Assembly (NCBI GenBank): GCA_944390125.1
Contig: CALXOX010000001.1
Location: 206,990-270,989 of the forward strand
Origin: an uncultured Alphaproteobacteria bacterium
Lineage (GTDB): Bacteria > Pseudomonadota > Alphaproteobacteria > Rs-D84
Length of the DNA: 64,000 nt
Reading direction: 5' to 3'
Part shown: positions 6,493 to 15,629 of the stretch, piece after piece
How the letters are laid out: every line of letters begins with the position of its first letter
How positions within the stretch are numbered: the stretch's first letter is position 1
The notes under the pieces: model-generated
Told to the model about the DNA's origin: nothing
Database searches by the model: none
What the model saw: the letters and a program-made list of their open reading frames with translations, nothing else
Program-made: the position numbers and the translations under genes

Positions 6493-7611
6493 TTACATTC
6501 TCATCGGCATTAAAACAAACAAAGCGTCTGTATTTTTATCTGTCGATTTTATGATTGTCGGAGACAAAGGATCCTGCATTTCCATCTGGAACTTTTCACC
6601 TTCAACCTGTCCAGCAACGTCCATTAAGAACTTTACATTAAACACAACTGTGAATGAAGTATCACCATTATATTCAATATCCAATTCCTGGGTTGCAGTC
6701 CCTGCATCCGGACTGGATGCGTTGACAACCAACTTATTCATAGAAAATGTCAGTTGAACGGACTTAGTCTTATCAACACTAGCAACAGAAACCAAGTCAA
6801 CTGCATTCAAGAATTGCTTTCTATCCAAAATAGCAATTTTATCGTTACCTTTTGGAATAACGACACGGTAATTAGGATACTGGGCATCGACTAATTTACT
6901 TGTCAATGTTGCTGTGCCAACTGTGAAACGCGCCTTAGTATCAGACAATTCAACCGTTACATCGTCAACATTGGCATCTTCCAACAATTTAGACAACTCG
7001 CCAATTACGCGACGAGGCAAAATAACCGCTGGCATTTCTGCGCTACCGACAGGAGCCGGCATAGCGCATAGCGCCATACGCTGCGCGTCTGTTGCGACAG
7101 CAGTCAGCATTTTTTCTTTTCCTTCGTCAGCAATATGGAAATAAATTCCCCCCAAGTGATAACGCACATCATCTGTTGGAATTGCAAATTTAGTCTGATT
7201 TATCAAATGCGCCAAATCACCCGTTGTCATTTGGAATTTTGTAGTTAAATTGCTACCTGCCATTGCTGGGAAATTTTCTGCTGGCAATGTAGGCAAGCGA
7301 AATACCGCACGACCACTGGATACAATCAATTGATCACCAGACTGCTTGAAAGAAATTTCTGCATCATCCGGTAACTTACGAACAATATCATACAACATCT
7401 GAACAGGAACGGTTGTCTTTCCGCCCAACGTGATATCCGCCGCCACATGTTCAACCAATTCCAAATCGACATTGGTCGCAGACAGGATTAAATCATCAGC
7501 AACCTCTATCTTTACATTTACTAATATCGGCAAGGTTGCACGCTTTTCAACGATGGACTGCATATGTCCCAGCGCACGAATTAAAACCTGACGAAATACT
7601 GAAAATTCCAT
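6493..7611 (-). CDS. dnaN: DNA polymerase III beta sliding clamp
   Basis: Track ORF of 372 aa. Three-domain clamp length, with N-terminal PILVNVKIEV and C-terminal LFVLMPMRM typical of DnaN. Confidence 0.95.
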   Translation of the reverse strand: MEFSVFRQVLIRALGHMQSIVEKRATLPILVNVKIEVADDLILSATNVDLELVEHVAADITLGGKTTVPVQMLYDIVRKLPDDAEISFKQSGDQLIVSSGRAVFRLPTLPAENFPAMAGSNLTTKFQMTTGDLAHLINQTKFAIPTDDVRYHLGGIYFHIADEGKEKMLTAVATDAQRMALCAMPAPVGSAEMPAVILPRRVIGELSKLLEDANVDDVTVELSDTKARFTVGTATLTSKLVDAQYPNYRVVIPKGNDKIAILDRKQFLNAVDLVSVASVDKTKSVQLTFSMNKLVVNASSPDAGTATQELDIEYNGDTSFTVVFNVKFLMDVAGQVEGEKFQMEMQDPLSPTIIKSTDKNTDALFVLMPMRM

Positions 7612-7790
7612 AATTATGCTCCTGTTAAATCTATTTTCGTCCTACATTCTTTCACCTAAGTTTACCAAAAAAGCCCGATTCGGTGCAAGGGTTATTCAAA
7701 ACAAAACACACATAGACAAAGTAAGTTTCTGTATAAAAATCATTTTCATTTTAAAAGCGCCCTTATGGGCGCTAATTTTTGCATTTTAAA

Positions 7791-8549
7791 TCATTTATAC
7801 ATAACTTTTTCCAGCTTTGTGCGCAGCTTTTTCATATCATCATACTTAGTAAACTTGCCTTTTTCTGCGATTGATATGTCACCACTTTCTTCCGAAACAA
7901 CTAATACAACCGCACCTGATACTTCCGACAGTCCCAAAGCAGCTCTATGCCGTGTTCCATACTTCCAGTTTAAGTTATTTTTAGACAAAGGTAAAATTCC
8001 ACCAGCATACGCAATACGGTTTTTCTCTATTATTACAGCCCCATCGTGCAGTGGCGTTTTATTAAAGAAAATCGTCAGCAATAATTCACTTGAAATTTCT
8101 GCATCAATTACGACACCAGGTTTATCAATTGCACTTTCGTCCAAAGAATTAGTAAAAACAATCAACGCCCCAGTATGTTTAGCAGACATATACTCAGTTG
8201 CGGACACGATTGCATCCAGTGCCTTGGTATCACGTTTTACGTCCACCCCACTTTTAAATATACGACGCCATTCATCTACATTCCCAAGCAGCGCCATAAA
8301 CTTACGCAGTTCTGGTTGAAAAACAACGATCAAGCTGATTGACAAGAACAACGCAGTCCAATGTAAAAAACCACCCAACAAATCTAAACGCGCCCAAGTC
8401 AAAACGAAACTCAGCCCCCACAGCAAAGCCAAACCTAACAGCCCACGAACTAAACGCTCAGAAGAAGTGTTTTTTATAAAACTTCTATAAAACACCAATA
8501 TTAAAAGTATGATTACAAGAATCTGAGCCAAACCAAGCCAATTAAACAT
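7791..8549 (-). CDS. cdaA: Diadenylate cyclase CdaA (c-di-AMP synthase)
   Basis: Track ORF of 252 aa. Three N-terminal TM helices, then a DisA_N domain with the motifs LHDGAVII and GTRHRAALG. Confidence 0.88.
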   Translation of the reverse strand: MFNWLGLAQILVIILLILVFYRSFIKNTSSERLVRGLLGLALLWGLSFVLTWARLDLLGGFLHWTALFLSISLIVVFQPELRKFMALLGNVDEWRRIFKSGVDVKRDTKALDAIVSATEYMSAKHTGALIVFTNSLDESAIDKPGVVIDAEISSELLLTIFFNKTPLHDGAVIIEKNRIAYAGGILPLSKNNLNWKYGTRHRAALGLSEVSGAVVLVVSEESGDISIAEKGKFTKYDDMKKLRTKLEKVMYK

Positions 8550-8551
8550 AA

Positions 8552-10657
8552 TTAAAAACTCCCACTATTATCTATGATGCCATTTGCCAAATCTATTGCA
8601 GGTACACTCAACCACTCTGGGTCATCACGACGTTTGGGTGCCCCTTTTTCCATTGCTGTTTGGCAAGGATTGTCATCAGCCAACCAATTTTCCAATAAGT
8701 CACCAGCCAGCAGTCCAACGCCTGCTCCAGCAACTAAGCCTATTCCTCCAGTAAAAGGTGCCAACAACAACCCTATTCCAGTTGCCGACGCAACTTTTCC
8801 TGCAACAGCTGCACCACTTATCTGAACGGTCGGCTCTGCTAAATTACCGGTAATTTCAATAGAATTTACGACATTACCCGTCAAAGATAGTTTCAATCCG
8901 CGGACAGGAACGGTTGTCAAAGACATCTGAATTTTTTCATCTCCTAAATCCAAACTGCCCGCCAATCGGACATTTATAGCATTGGTTTCAACCGCAACCC
9001 CATGTTGTGTTTCTGCCAAACCATTACGCAGTTTTGTATTCACAACAGCACAGGAAATTTTCATCTGATTATATTTCTTTTCGGACCTAAACAAGTCTTG
9101 AATACTATGGCGAAGTGTTGTTAAAAAGTCTGTTCCGTACATATTTGCGACCAATGTAGAATGTGCATATCCAGAAGATGAAGAATATACTTGAACAGGT
9201 CCTGTTATAGTCTGCATCCATTCAGACAGAGTAGAACCATTTGCCTCGACATACATATCAAAGTCAACAGGTAAATCAGAAATCAAATTATCAATTTTTA
9301 ACTGATCTAGTAAATTCCCTATTACAATTCCACGTCCCTTTCCGCCAACTTTTACGCTTATGCTTCCTTCTTCATCTGTCTGCACATCTGCTGCAGCTAT
9401 TACCTGTCCCCCGGCAAGCACAGTTGTAGTGTCAACTCTTCCTTGTCCTGCATTTAACTGTATGTGAGCATCTAAATCTTGCAAATCAAACTCACGATAA
9501 ACAATAAAATTATCTAATAAAACACGAACATCTAAATCATATTTCAAAAACTCTTTTCCAAACAATGGAACATCGTGAAAAACATTTAAATCGCGATTAG
9601 GATGTATCCAATTTCTGTTGTATAACTCTGGGAATAAATCAACCAAGTTTATTGATTTAGATTCAAAATTAGCTTTTATACTTGGTAATTTTTTTGACCA
9701 ATCAATAACACCAGAAAAAGCCAAAGTATTTCCTCTAACTTTTATTGAGGAATTACGTAATGACAATTTTTGCCAATCATAACCACCCGAAATATTTACC
9801 TTCATCATAGGCATTGGAACCAAATCCAAGTTAAAAGCCCGACCAACCTCTGCAACATCAGGGATATCACCTTTAATAATAAAATCAATTGGCGCTTTAC
9901 TTGTTCCTTCCAAAGCCACATTTGCAATCAAAGCGTCGCCACCAGTTGCAAAAGCAATTCTCAACGGATAAACTTTACGTTCAGCATTATATTTTGAAAA
10001 AGACAAAATGAATGGGAATACATCGGTATCTGATTTTATCCAGCCGCTATATTCTCTTGTTTCATCACGCGGTATATAACGTATCTGAAATCCTGGCAAA
10101 GAATAATTAGCACCAAGAATATCTATATCAATATTCTGAACTTCCAAGCCACCTAAACCAGGATCAACAAATGGGTAATCAGGTTTGGCAGTATTATCCG
10201 ACTTATTATCTTTAGGAACGTCAGAAATATTTGGAGTTATAGAAAACTCACCTTTTTCATTTTGCTCTACGCAAACAGTAGCGTCATAAACTTTTACATT
10301 TTGTATAGTAGGTCTATCTTGGAACAAAGAAATCAAATCTAAAGTAACGTCTATTTTTTCGGCGCTAAAAGCATCTTTATGTTTTGCCCATTCCGCATTA
10401 GGTACCCGCACCTTATTTAACTCTATTTGTGGACGCAAAGATAACTTCCAGGATACAGCACCATCAATTTCAACTGGCAAACCAGTTGATTCTTGTAATA
10501 TAGCCAAAACATCCCCACGCAAAGCTTCCAAATTTATTTGCGATAAGGCAATCACTACGGCCACAAGCAGCCCCATAACAAACAGGGTTATAACACGCAT
10601 AACTTTAAAAAAGGTCTTCTCTTTTTTCTTCTTTTTGACCATTTTTAACTGCACCAT
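8552..10657 (-). CDS. AsmA-family outer-membrane biogenesis protein
   Basis: Track ORF of 701 aa. One N-terminal TM helix, a long beta-rich periplasmic body, and a Gly-rich C-terminal segment. Size and layout fit the AsmA family. The start may be the downstream MVKKKK. Confidence 0.65.
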   Translation of the reverse strand: MVQLKMVKKKKKEKTFFKVMRVITLFVMGLLVAVVIALSQINLEALRGDVLAILQESTGLPVEIDGAVSWKLSLRPQIELNKVRVPNAEWAKHKDAFSAEKIDVTLDLISLFQDRPTIQNVKVYDATVCVEQNEKGEFSITPNISDVPKDNKSDNTAKPDYPFVDPGLGGLEVQNIDIDILGANYSLPGFQIRYIPRDETREYSGWIKSDTDVFPFILSFSKYNAERKVYPLRIAFATGGDALIANVALEGTSKAPIDFIIKGDIPDVAEVGRAFNLDLVPMPMMKVNISGGYDWQKLSLRNSSIKVRGNTLAFSGVIDWSKKLPSIKANFESKSINLVDLFPELYNRNWIHPNRDLNVFHDVPLFGKEFLKYDLDVRVLLDNFIVYREFDLQDLDAHIQLNAGQGRVDTTTVLAGGQVIAAADVQTDEEGSISVKVGGKGRGIVIGNLLDQLKIDNLISDLPVDFDMYVEANGSTLSEWMQTITGPVQVYSSSSGYAHSTLVANMYGTDFLTTLRHSIQDLFRSEKKYNQMKISCAVVNTKLRNGLAETQHGVAVETNAINVRLAGSLDLGDEKIQMSLTTVPVRGLKLSLTGNVVNSIEITGNLAEPTVQISGAAVAGKVASATGIGLLLAPFTGGIGLVAGAGVGLLAGDLLENWLADDNPCQTAMEKGAPKRRDDPEWLSVPAIDLANGIIDNSGSF

Positions 10658-10658
10658 T

Positions 10659-11630
10659 TTAAGGTAATTTAAATTCCAAGAATTTTATTACCGGTTGCAT
10701 AAATTCCGGTATCGGCGCACGCAAAGTAAGCAATTTACCGCTAGACGGATGACGAAATGTTAGCTTATATGCCAACAAAAACAAGTTATTTGTTTCCAAC
10801 ATAGATCTCAACGCGCCGTCTAATTTCTTGTCCATCCCATATAATACATCACCAACAATTGGCGCATGTAGACACAGCGCACTATGAACACGCAACTGAT
10901 GTGTACGACCTGTTTTAGGAGAAAAACGTACCCAAGACAGATGTCCACCTGCCTGAGTTAAAACTTCATATTCTGTAATCGCCCTTTGTGGACGCTGCCC
11001 CGTACCATTATTTAGACGCTCTGGGCCATCAAAAACTTGTCCCTTTATCATATAATTATCAATAACGCCACGTTGCGGACGAACATCACCATTTAATAAT
11101 GCTAAATATTCTTTTTGTGCAGATTTTGTTTGAAATTCATTGGACAACACCTGTGCTGCACGTTGATTTTTAGCAACTACTAAAATGCCACTAGTTTCCC
11201 TATCTAACCGATGAACCAAAGAAATTTTGTCATATGGGAATAATGCTGCCGCCATTTTATCAACAGATTTTCTGATACCAGTTCCACCCTGAACAGCCAA
11301 CCCAGCAGGTTTATTGAAAACAACTATATCAGCATCATCGTGAATTATACACTTACGCAAACTCTCTAAATCTGACAAAGAAAAATGCGAACCGCTTTCT
11401 GTCTTTTTCGCTGGCGTTGCCGCATAGCTTGCCACAGTTGGCGGGATTCTGACAACATCACCAGCACGTAAAATTTCTTGACCTTTGGCACGTGAAGAAT
11501 TTACACGTATCTGACCACCACGGCATAATTTGTAAAATTCCCGTTGAGGCATAGACGGATAGCGACGCAAAAACCATCGCAATAATCGCGTTCCTTCTTC
11601 TGTACTTGGAACAGTAATCATTTCCGCCAT
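10659..11630 (-). CDS. RluA-family (RluC/RluD-like) rRNA pseudouridine synthase
   Basis: Track ORF 10659..11651 begins at a TTG. I prefer the ATG at 11630 (MAEMITV). It has an S4-like N-terminus and the catalytic motif HRLDRETSGILVVAK. Confidence 0.85.
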   Translation of the reverse strand: MAEMITVPSTEEGTRLLRWFLRRYPSMPQREFYKLCRGGQIRVNSSRAKGQEILRAGDVVRIPPTVASYAATPAKKTESGSHFSLSDLESLRKCIIHDDADIVVFNKPAGLAVQGGTGIRKSVDKMAAALFPYDKISLVHRLDRETSGILVVAKNQRAAQVLSNEFQTKSAQKEYLALLNGDVRPQRGVIDNYMIKGQVFDGPERLNNGTGQRPQRAITEYEVLTQAGGHLSWVRFSPKTGRTHQLRVHSALCLHAPIVGDVLYGMDKKLDGALRSMLETNNLFLLAYKLTFRHPSSGKLLTLRAPIPEFMQPVIKFLEFKLP

Positions 11631-11658
11631 TTTCAAACACCCCACACACAAATATATT

Positions 11659-12123
11659 CTATTCGCCGTATGTTATTTGAACAACGTTTTCACCATTATT
11701 AGCGTTACAGTCACTTGAGGCACCACTTTGTGTACGACCAGATAATTCATAGCCTACAGAACCATCCCAACCCTTTGTGACAAAATATTCACAATCAGAT
11801 TGAGACAAACCAGTAATAGAAACCACAAATTGACGAGTATTAGAAGGATTTACAGCTATCTCATATGTACCACCATATGGATTTTTATTTGTCATTCCAA
11901 TAGCCCCGAAAATTGTCGCATTATTTATATTAGAATAATCATCATATTCAGTAAACATTTGGCGTACTTGTGTCACCATCTGCAAAACTTCGTCATTTAC
12001 TTCATTGCGTTTCTGCATTTTCATGGCACTAGATATGGCGGCAATTGCCCCCACCGTAATAACACCCATAATTGCCAAAACACCCATCATTTCAATCATA
12101 GAACGACCAGATTCTTGTCTCAT
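11659..12123 (-). CDS. Type IV pilin-like protein
   Basis: Track ORF of 154 aa. Class III signal peptide MRQESG/RSMIEMMGVLAIMGVITVGAIAAI with Glu at +5. A C-terminal Cys pair (SDCEY...SSDCN) is typical of the pilin D-region. Confidence 0.7.
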   Translation of the reverse strand: MRQESGRSMIEMMGVLAIMGVITVGAIAAISSAMKMQKRNEVNDEVLQMVTQVRQMFTEYDDYSNINNATIFGAIGMTNKNPYGGTYEIAVNPSNTRQFVVSITGLSQSDCEYFVTKGWDGSVGYELSGRTQSGASSDCNANNGENVVQITYGE

Positions 12124-12174
12124 ATTGATATCCCCTATTTGCTATTTATTTTTTTATATTCTATCATAAAAGGT

Positions 12175-13599
12175 ATGAATATTCAATTTTCTGATTTAAT
12201 TGCAAATAGTCCTAGTGCCCCAGGTGTATATAAAATGTATGACACCGAAGGGAACCTTTTGTATGTTGGGAAAGCCAAAAATTTGTCCAATCGGTTAAAA
12301 CAATATGTAGACATATCCAAATTAGAACCGCATAAGCAAGTAATGCGCACATTAGTTACGCGCGTAGATTGGGAAATAACAGCGACAGAATCAGATGCCT
12401 TATTACTGGAACAACACCTGATAAAAACCTTAAAGCCAAAATATAACATAATGCTAACAGACGGAAAAATGTATCCGATGATAGCACTGACACAATCAGA
12501 GTACCCACGTTTATTAAAATTTCGTGGCAAGATTTCACAGCGACGTGATGTTTATGGTCCCTATCCGTCTGTTTACGCACTGAATGAAACAATAAAAACC
12601 ATTCAGAAAGTATGTAAGCTACGTACATGTACGGATACATTTATGCGCAATCGTACTCGTCCATGTCTGCTATATCAAATTGGCAGATGCAGTGCCCCCT
12701 GCACTGTTGCTCAAACAGACTATAATGAAAACGTACAGCTTGCCCGAAAGATTCTGACCGGTGACAGCGAACCAATAATTGCTGATTTAACAAAACAAAT
12801 GAAAAAATTTTCAGATGAAATGGACTTCGAATCAGCAGCAAAATGTCGCGACAAAATTACAGAATTGACACAAACATCAAATCGCGGTATGCGCCAGAAT
12901 CGTGCACATAGCGCCAATTTTGATTGGCAAGATTCCGTTGAAGATTTAGAAAACTGGCTGGGGCTAAAAATAGAATGCGCGGGCGTATTTGATAATTCAC
13001 ACCTATTTGGGAAAAGTCCTGTTGGTGCAATGATAACCTTTGGACATAATGGCTTTATAAAATCGGGATATAGACACTTTAAATTACGCGATGCTGCACG
13101 CGCCGGAAACGATATTGCTATGATGGCAGAATTTGTTTCACGCGCCACGAACAACGGGCCAAAATTGGATTTGATAATAGTTGACGGCGGACAAGCACAA
13201 TGGAACATAGCCCACAAAGTTGCACCGAATATTCCTGTACTGGGTGTAACCAAAGGTGAAGTAAGAGACGGTGACGAGCATTTTATAATGCCTGACGGCA
13301 CAGTATGTCGAGACTTAGCAAAAGATTCTAAATTATTCTTACTATTACGTGCCGTACGCGATGAGGCACACCGATTTGTGATAACCTTTCACAGGACCAC
13401 TCGTGCCAAAGCAATGACATCTTCAGTCTTAGACGAAATTGACGGCATCGGCCCGACACGCAAAAAGGCATTATTGACTCATTTTGGCTCTGTTCGCGCC
13501 ATAACAGATGCCAGTTTAGAGGCTTTAATGCATGTTCCTGGACTTGGGAAATCTGCCGCGGAAAAAATTTATGCCCATTTCCATTCTGAAGTGCTATAA
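12175..13599 (+). CDS. uvrC: Excinuclease ABC subunit C (compact form, 474 aa)
   Basis: Track ORF 11800..13599. The true start is taken as M126 (MNIQFSDLIANSPSAPGVYKMYD, the GIY-YIG motif), because the upstream part is antisense to the pilin gene. UVR motif FESAAKCRDKI. C-terminal HhH DEIDGIGPTRKKALL. Confidence 0.9.
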   Translation: MNIQFSDLIANSPSAPGVYKMYDTEGNLLYVGKAKNLSNRLKQYVDISKLEPHKQVMRTLVTRVDWEITATESDALLLEQHLIKTLKPKYNIMLTDGKMYPMIALTQSEYPRLLKFRGKISQRRDVYGPYPSVYALNETIKTIQKVCKLRTCTDTFMRNRTRPCLLYQIGRCSAPCTVAQTDYNENVQLARKILTGDSEPIIADLTKQMKKFSDEMDFESAAKCRDKITELTQTSNRGMRQNRAHSANFDWQDSVEDLENWLGLKIECAGVFDNSHLFGKSPVGAMITFGHNGFIKSGYRHFKLRDAARAGNDIAMMAEFVSRATNNGPKLDLIIVDGGQAQWNIAHKVAPNIPVLGVTKGEVRDGDEHFIMPDGTVCRDLAKDSKLFLLLRAVRDEAHRFVITFHRTTRAKAMTSSVLDEIDGIGPTRKKALLTHFGSVRAITDASLEALMHVPGLGKSAAEKIYAHFHSEVL

Positions 13600-13631
13600 T
13601 GACATTATTGATACATAAAAGGAGAACTCTT

Positions 13632-14234
13632 ATGAAATTTTTTGTAAACTTTTTATCAGCTTTTCGTATTGCAGCATCATTTGCAATCATCCCAACCTTG
13701 ATGTTCGGCATGTACTGGACAACATTTATATTGTTCGTGCTGGCAGCATTATCAGATTGGTTTGATGGTTTCTTGGCCCGCAAATACAATGTATGTTCAA
13801 AACTTGGCGGTGTAATGGATCATATTGGCGACAAATTGCTGGTTGTAAATACATTGATTATGTTGACTGTTATGATGCCAGTCTGGTTTATAGTCGTTCC
13901 TGTTATCTTAATGATTGCACGCGAATTGTACATCAGTGGTCTGCGTGAATTTTTGGGAACACAAAAAATTGAAATGCCTGTACCAAAAGCACGCTTTTCC
14001 ATGGGAAAAATTAAAACAACACTGCAAATGGTTGCAATATGTGCATTCTTGTTGCTGTTCGCAGTTGGTACATTGATTACACCTGATACAACAAGCCGCT
14101 TTGTAATGTGGTTGATTTATATCTTGCCATACGTCGGCATCTGGGGAACATGGTTGGCATTGGTTGCATCTTTGTGGTCAGCAACACAATACACTTTCAC
14201 ATTCTCGCAGAAATTGAAACAAATAAAAAAATAA
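13632..14234 (+). CDS. pgsA: CDP-diacylglycerol--glycerol-3-phosphate 3-phosphatidyltransferase
   Basis: Track ORF 13599..14234. The ATG at 13632 has an AAGGAG RBS. CDP-alcohol phosphatidyltransferase motif DWFDGFLARKYNVCSKLGGVMDHIGD. Confidence 0.85.
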   Translation: MKFFVNFLSAFRIAASFAIIPTLMFGMYWTTFILFVLAALSDWFDGFLARKYNVCSKLGGVMDHIGDKLLVVNTLIMLTVMMPVWFIVVPVILMIARELYISGLREFLGTQKIEMPVPKARFSMGKIKTTLQMVAICAFLLLFAVGTLITPDTTSRFVMWLIYILPYVGIWGTWLALVASLWSATQYTFTFSQKLKQIKK

Positions 14235-14246
14235 AAATACAGCAAT

Positions 14247-14275
14247 AAAAAATCCCGTCATTTGACGGGATTTTT
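14247..14275. terminator. Bidirectional terminator between pgsA and dnaJ
   Basis: AAAAAA-TCCCGTCA-ttt-GACGGGA-TTTTT. Confidence 0.75.
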
Positions 14276-14327
14276 ATTATCGCAAAAAATAATTACATAT
14301 GGCAGAAAACATGCATATAGAGCTGTT

Positions 14328-15464
14328 TTAAAACCAACCTTTCTTTGCACTTTTTGTTTCAGCAAATTCAGTCAAAATCTTCTTTTGCTTTTCTGTAAGT
14401 TTGGTCGGGACAGGCATATTTATATCTATGTATAAATCGCCAAAACTACCTGCACGACGTCCTGGCATACCATGCCCACGAACACGTAATTTTTCACCGA
14501 CCTGAGTTCCAGCTGGAACCTTTACAGACAATTTCTTATCATCAATGGTTTCAACCTCAATCTCTCCACCCAGCGCAAGCGTTGTAAACGGAATATCAAC
14601 CTTTGTTATCAAATCTGCCCCATCTCGTTCAAATCTTTTGTCCGGGCGCACACGAATATCCAAATAGAAATCACCAGCAGGCGCACCGTTTTGCCCTGCC
14701 TCTCCCTGACCTGCTAAACGTAGACGCGCACCGTCTTCAACACCGGCCGGTATTTTTACATCCAAAGTTCTGGTTTTGCGAACCGTACCAGCGCCATCGC
14801 ATTCAGAACATTTCTTGTCAATCTTATGTCCTAAACCATTACAATCTGGACATGGTGTCTCCATAGCAAAGAAGCCACGTGCTGCACGAACGTATCCAGT
14901 TCCCCCACAGCGAGAGCACACCGGTGCTTCTTTACCATCTGCCGTACCAAAGCCATGACACTTTTCACATTCTACGTTGGTGGTAAATTTTACTGTGTGC
15001 GTTGTGCCAAAATAGGCATCACGTAAATCAATTACGACTTCATCTAATAAATCACGCCCACGACGCTGCCTGCTGCCACCACGGGTAGAAGCACCGCCAC
15101 CCATATCAAAACCGAAACCACGCATCGCTTCACGCAATATATCTTCCATCCCGGCGCCACCACCCATATCGAAATGGAAAGCACCGTTACCAAACGGGTT
15201 GGCTCCTGCACCAAATGGATTTGCACCTGACGCATTACCGCCAGCAAATGCAGCATCCCCAAATCTATCATAGGCAGCACGCTTTTGAGGATCTTTCAAA
15301 ATATCAAAAGCGTTATTTACTTCCTTAAACTTTTCTTCAGCCTCTTTATCCCCAGGATTTCTATCTGGATGATATTTCATAACCAATTTATGGTATGCTT
15401 TTTTGATATCAGCATCGGACGCATCACGCGCTATACCTAAAACTTCATACGGATTTTTATTCAT
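14328..15464 (-). CDS. dnaJ: Molecular chaperone DnaJ
   Basis: Track ORF of 378 aa. J-domain with HPD (KYHPDRNPGD), a G/F-rich linker, and four CxxCxGxG zinc-finger repeats. Confidence 0.95.
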   Translation of the reverse strand: MNKNPYEVLGIARDASDADIKKAYHKLVMKYHPDRNPGDKEAEEKFKEVNNAFDILKDPQKRAAYDRFGDAAFAGGNASGANPFGAGANPFGNGAFHFDMGGGAGMEDILREAMRGFGFDMGGGASTRGGSRQRRGRDLLDEVVIDLRDAYFGTTHTVKFTTNVECEKCHGFGTADGKEAPVCSRCGGTGYVRAARGFFAMETPCPDCNGLGHKIDKKCSECDGAGTVRKTRTLDVKIPAGVEDGARLRLAGQGEAGQNGAPAGDFYLDIRVRPDKRFERDGADLITKVDIPFTTLALGGEIEVETIDDKKLSVKVPAGTQVGEKLRVRGHGMPGRRAGSFGDLYIDINMPVPTKLTEKQKKILTEFAETKSAKKGWF

Positions 15465-15629
15465 TTTTCACATTCCATAATTATTCTGTCTAGAGATATA
15501 TAGATATTATTATATAAAAATCAAGGTGATAAAAAATAAAAATACTGGCTAATTCTGGCAGAAATATAATGAAATCGTGTATTCTTTGCACTTGCAAGAA
15601 ATCTAAAAATGTACTAATAATATTGTGCT

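Noticed and set aside
7765-8319. 184-aa plus-strand ORF
   Set aside because: It is antisense to cdaA, which has unambiguous DisA_N motifs. The plus-strand product is Ser/Leu/Ile-rich with no RBS.
11800-12174. N-terminal 125 codons of the 599-aa track ORF 11800..13599
   Set aside because: This part is antisense to the well-supported pilin gene 11659..12123. It has junk-like composition (runs of I, H and C). The GIY-YIG N-terminus of UvrC begins exactly at M126 (12175).
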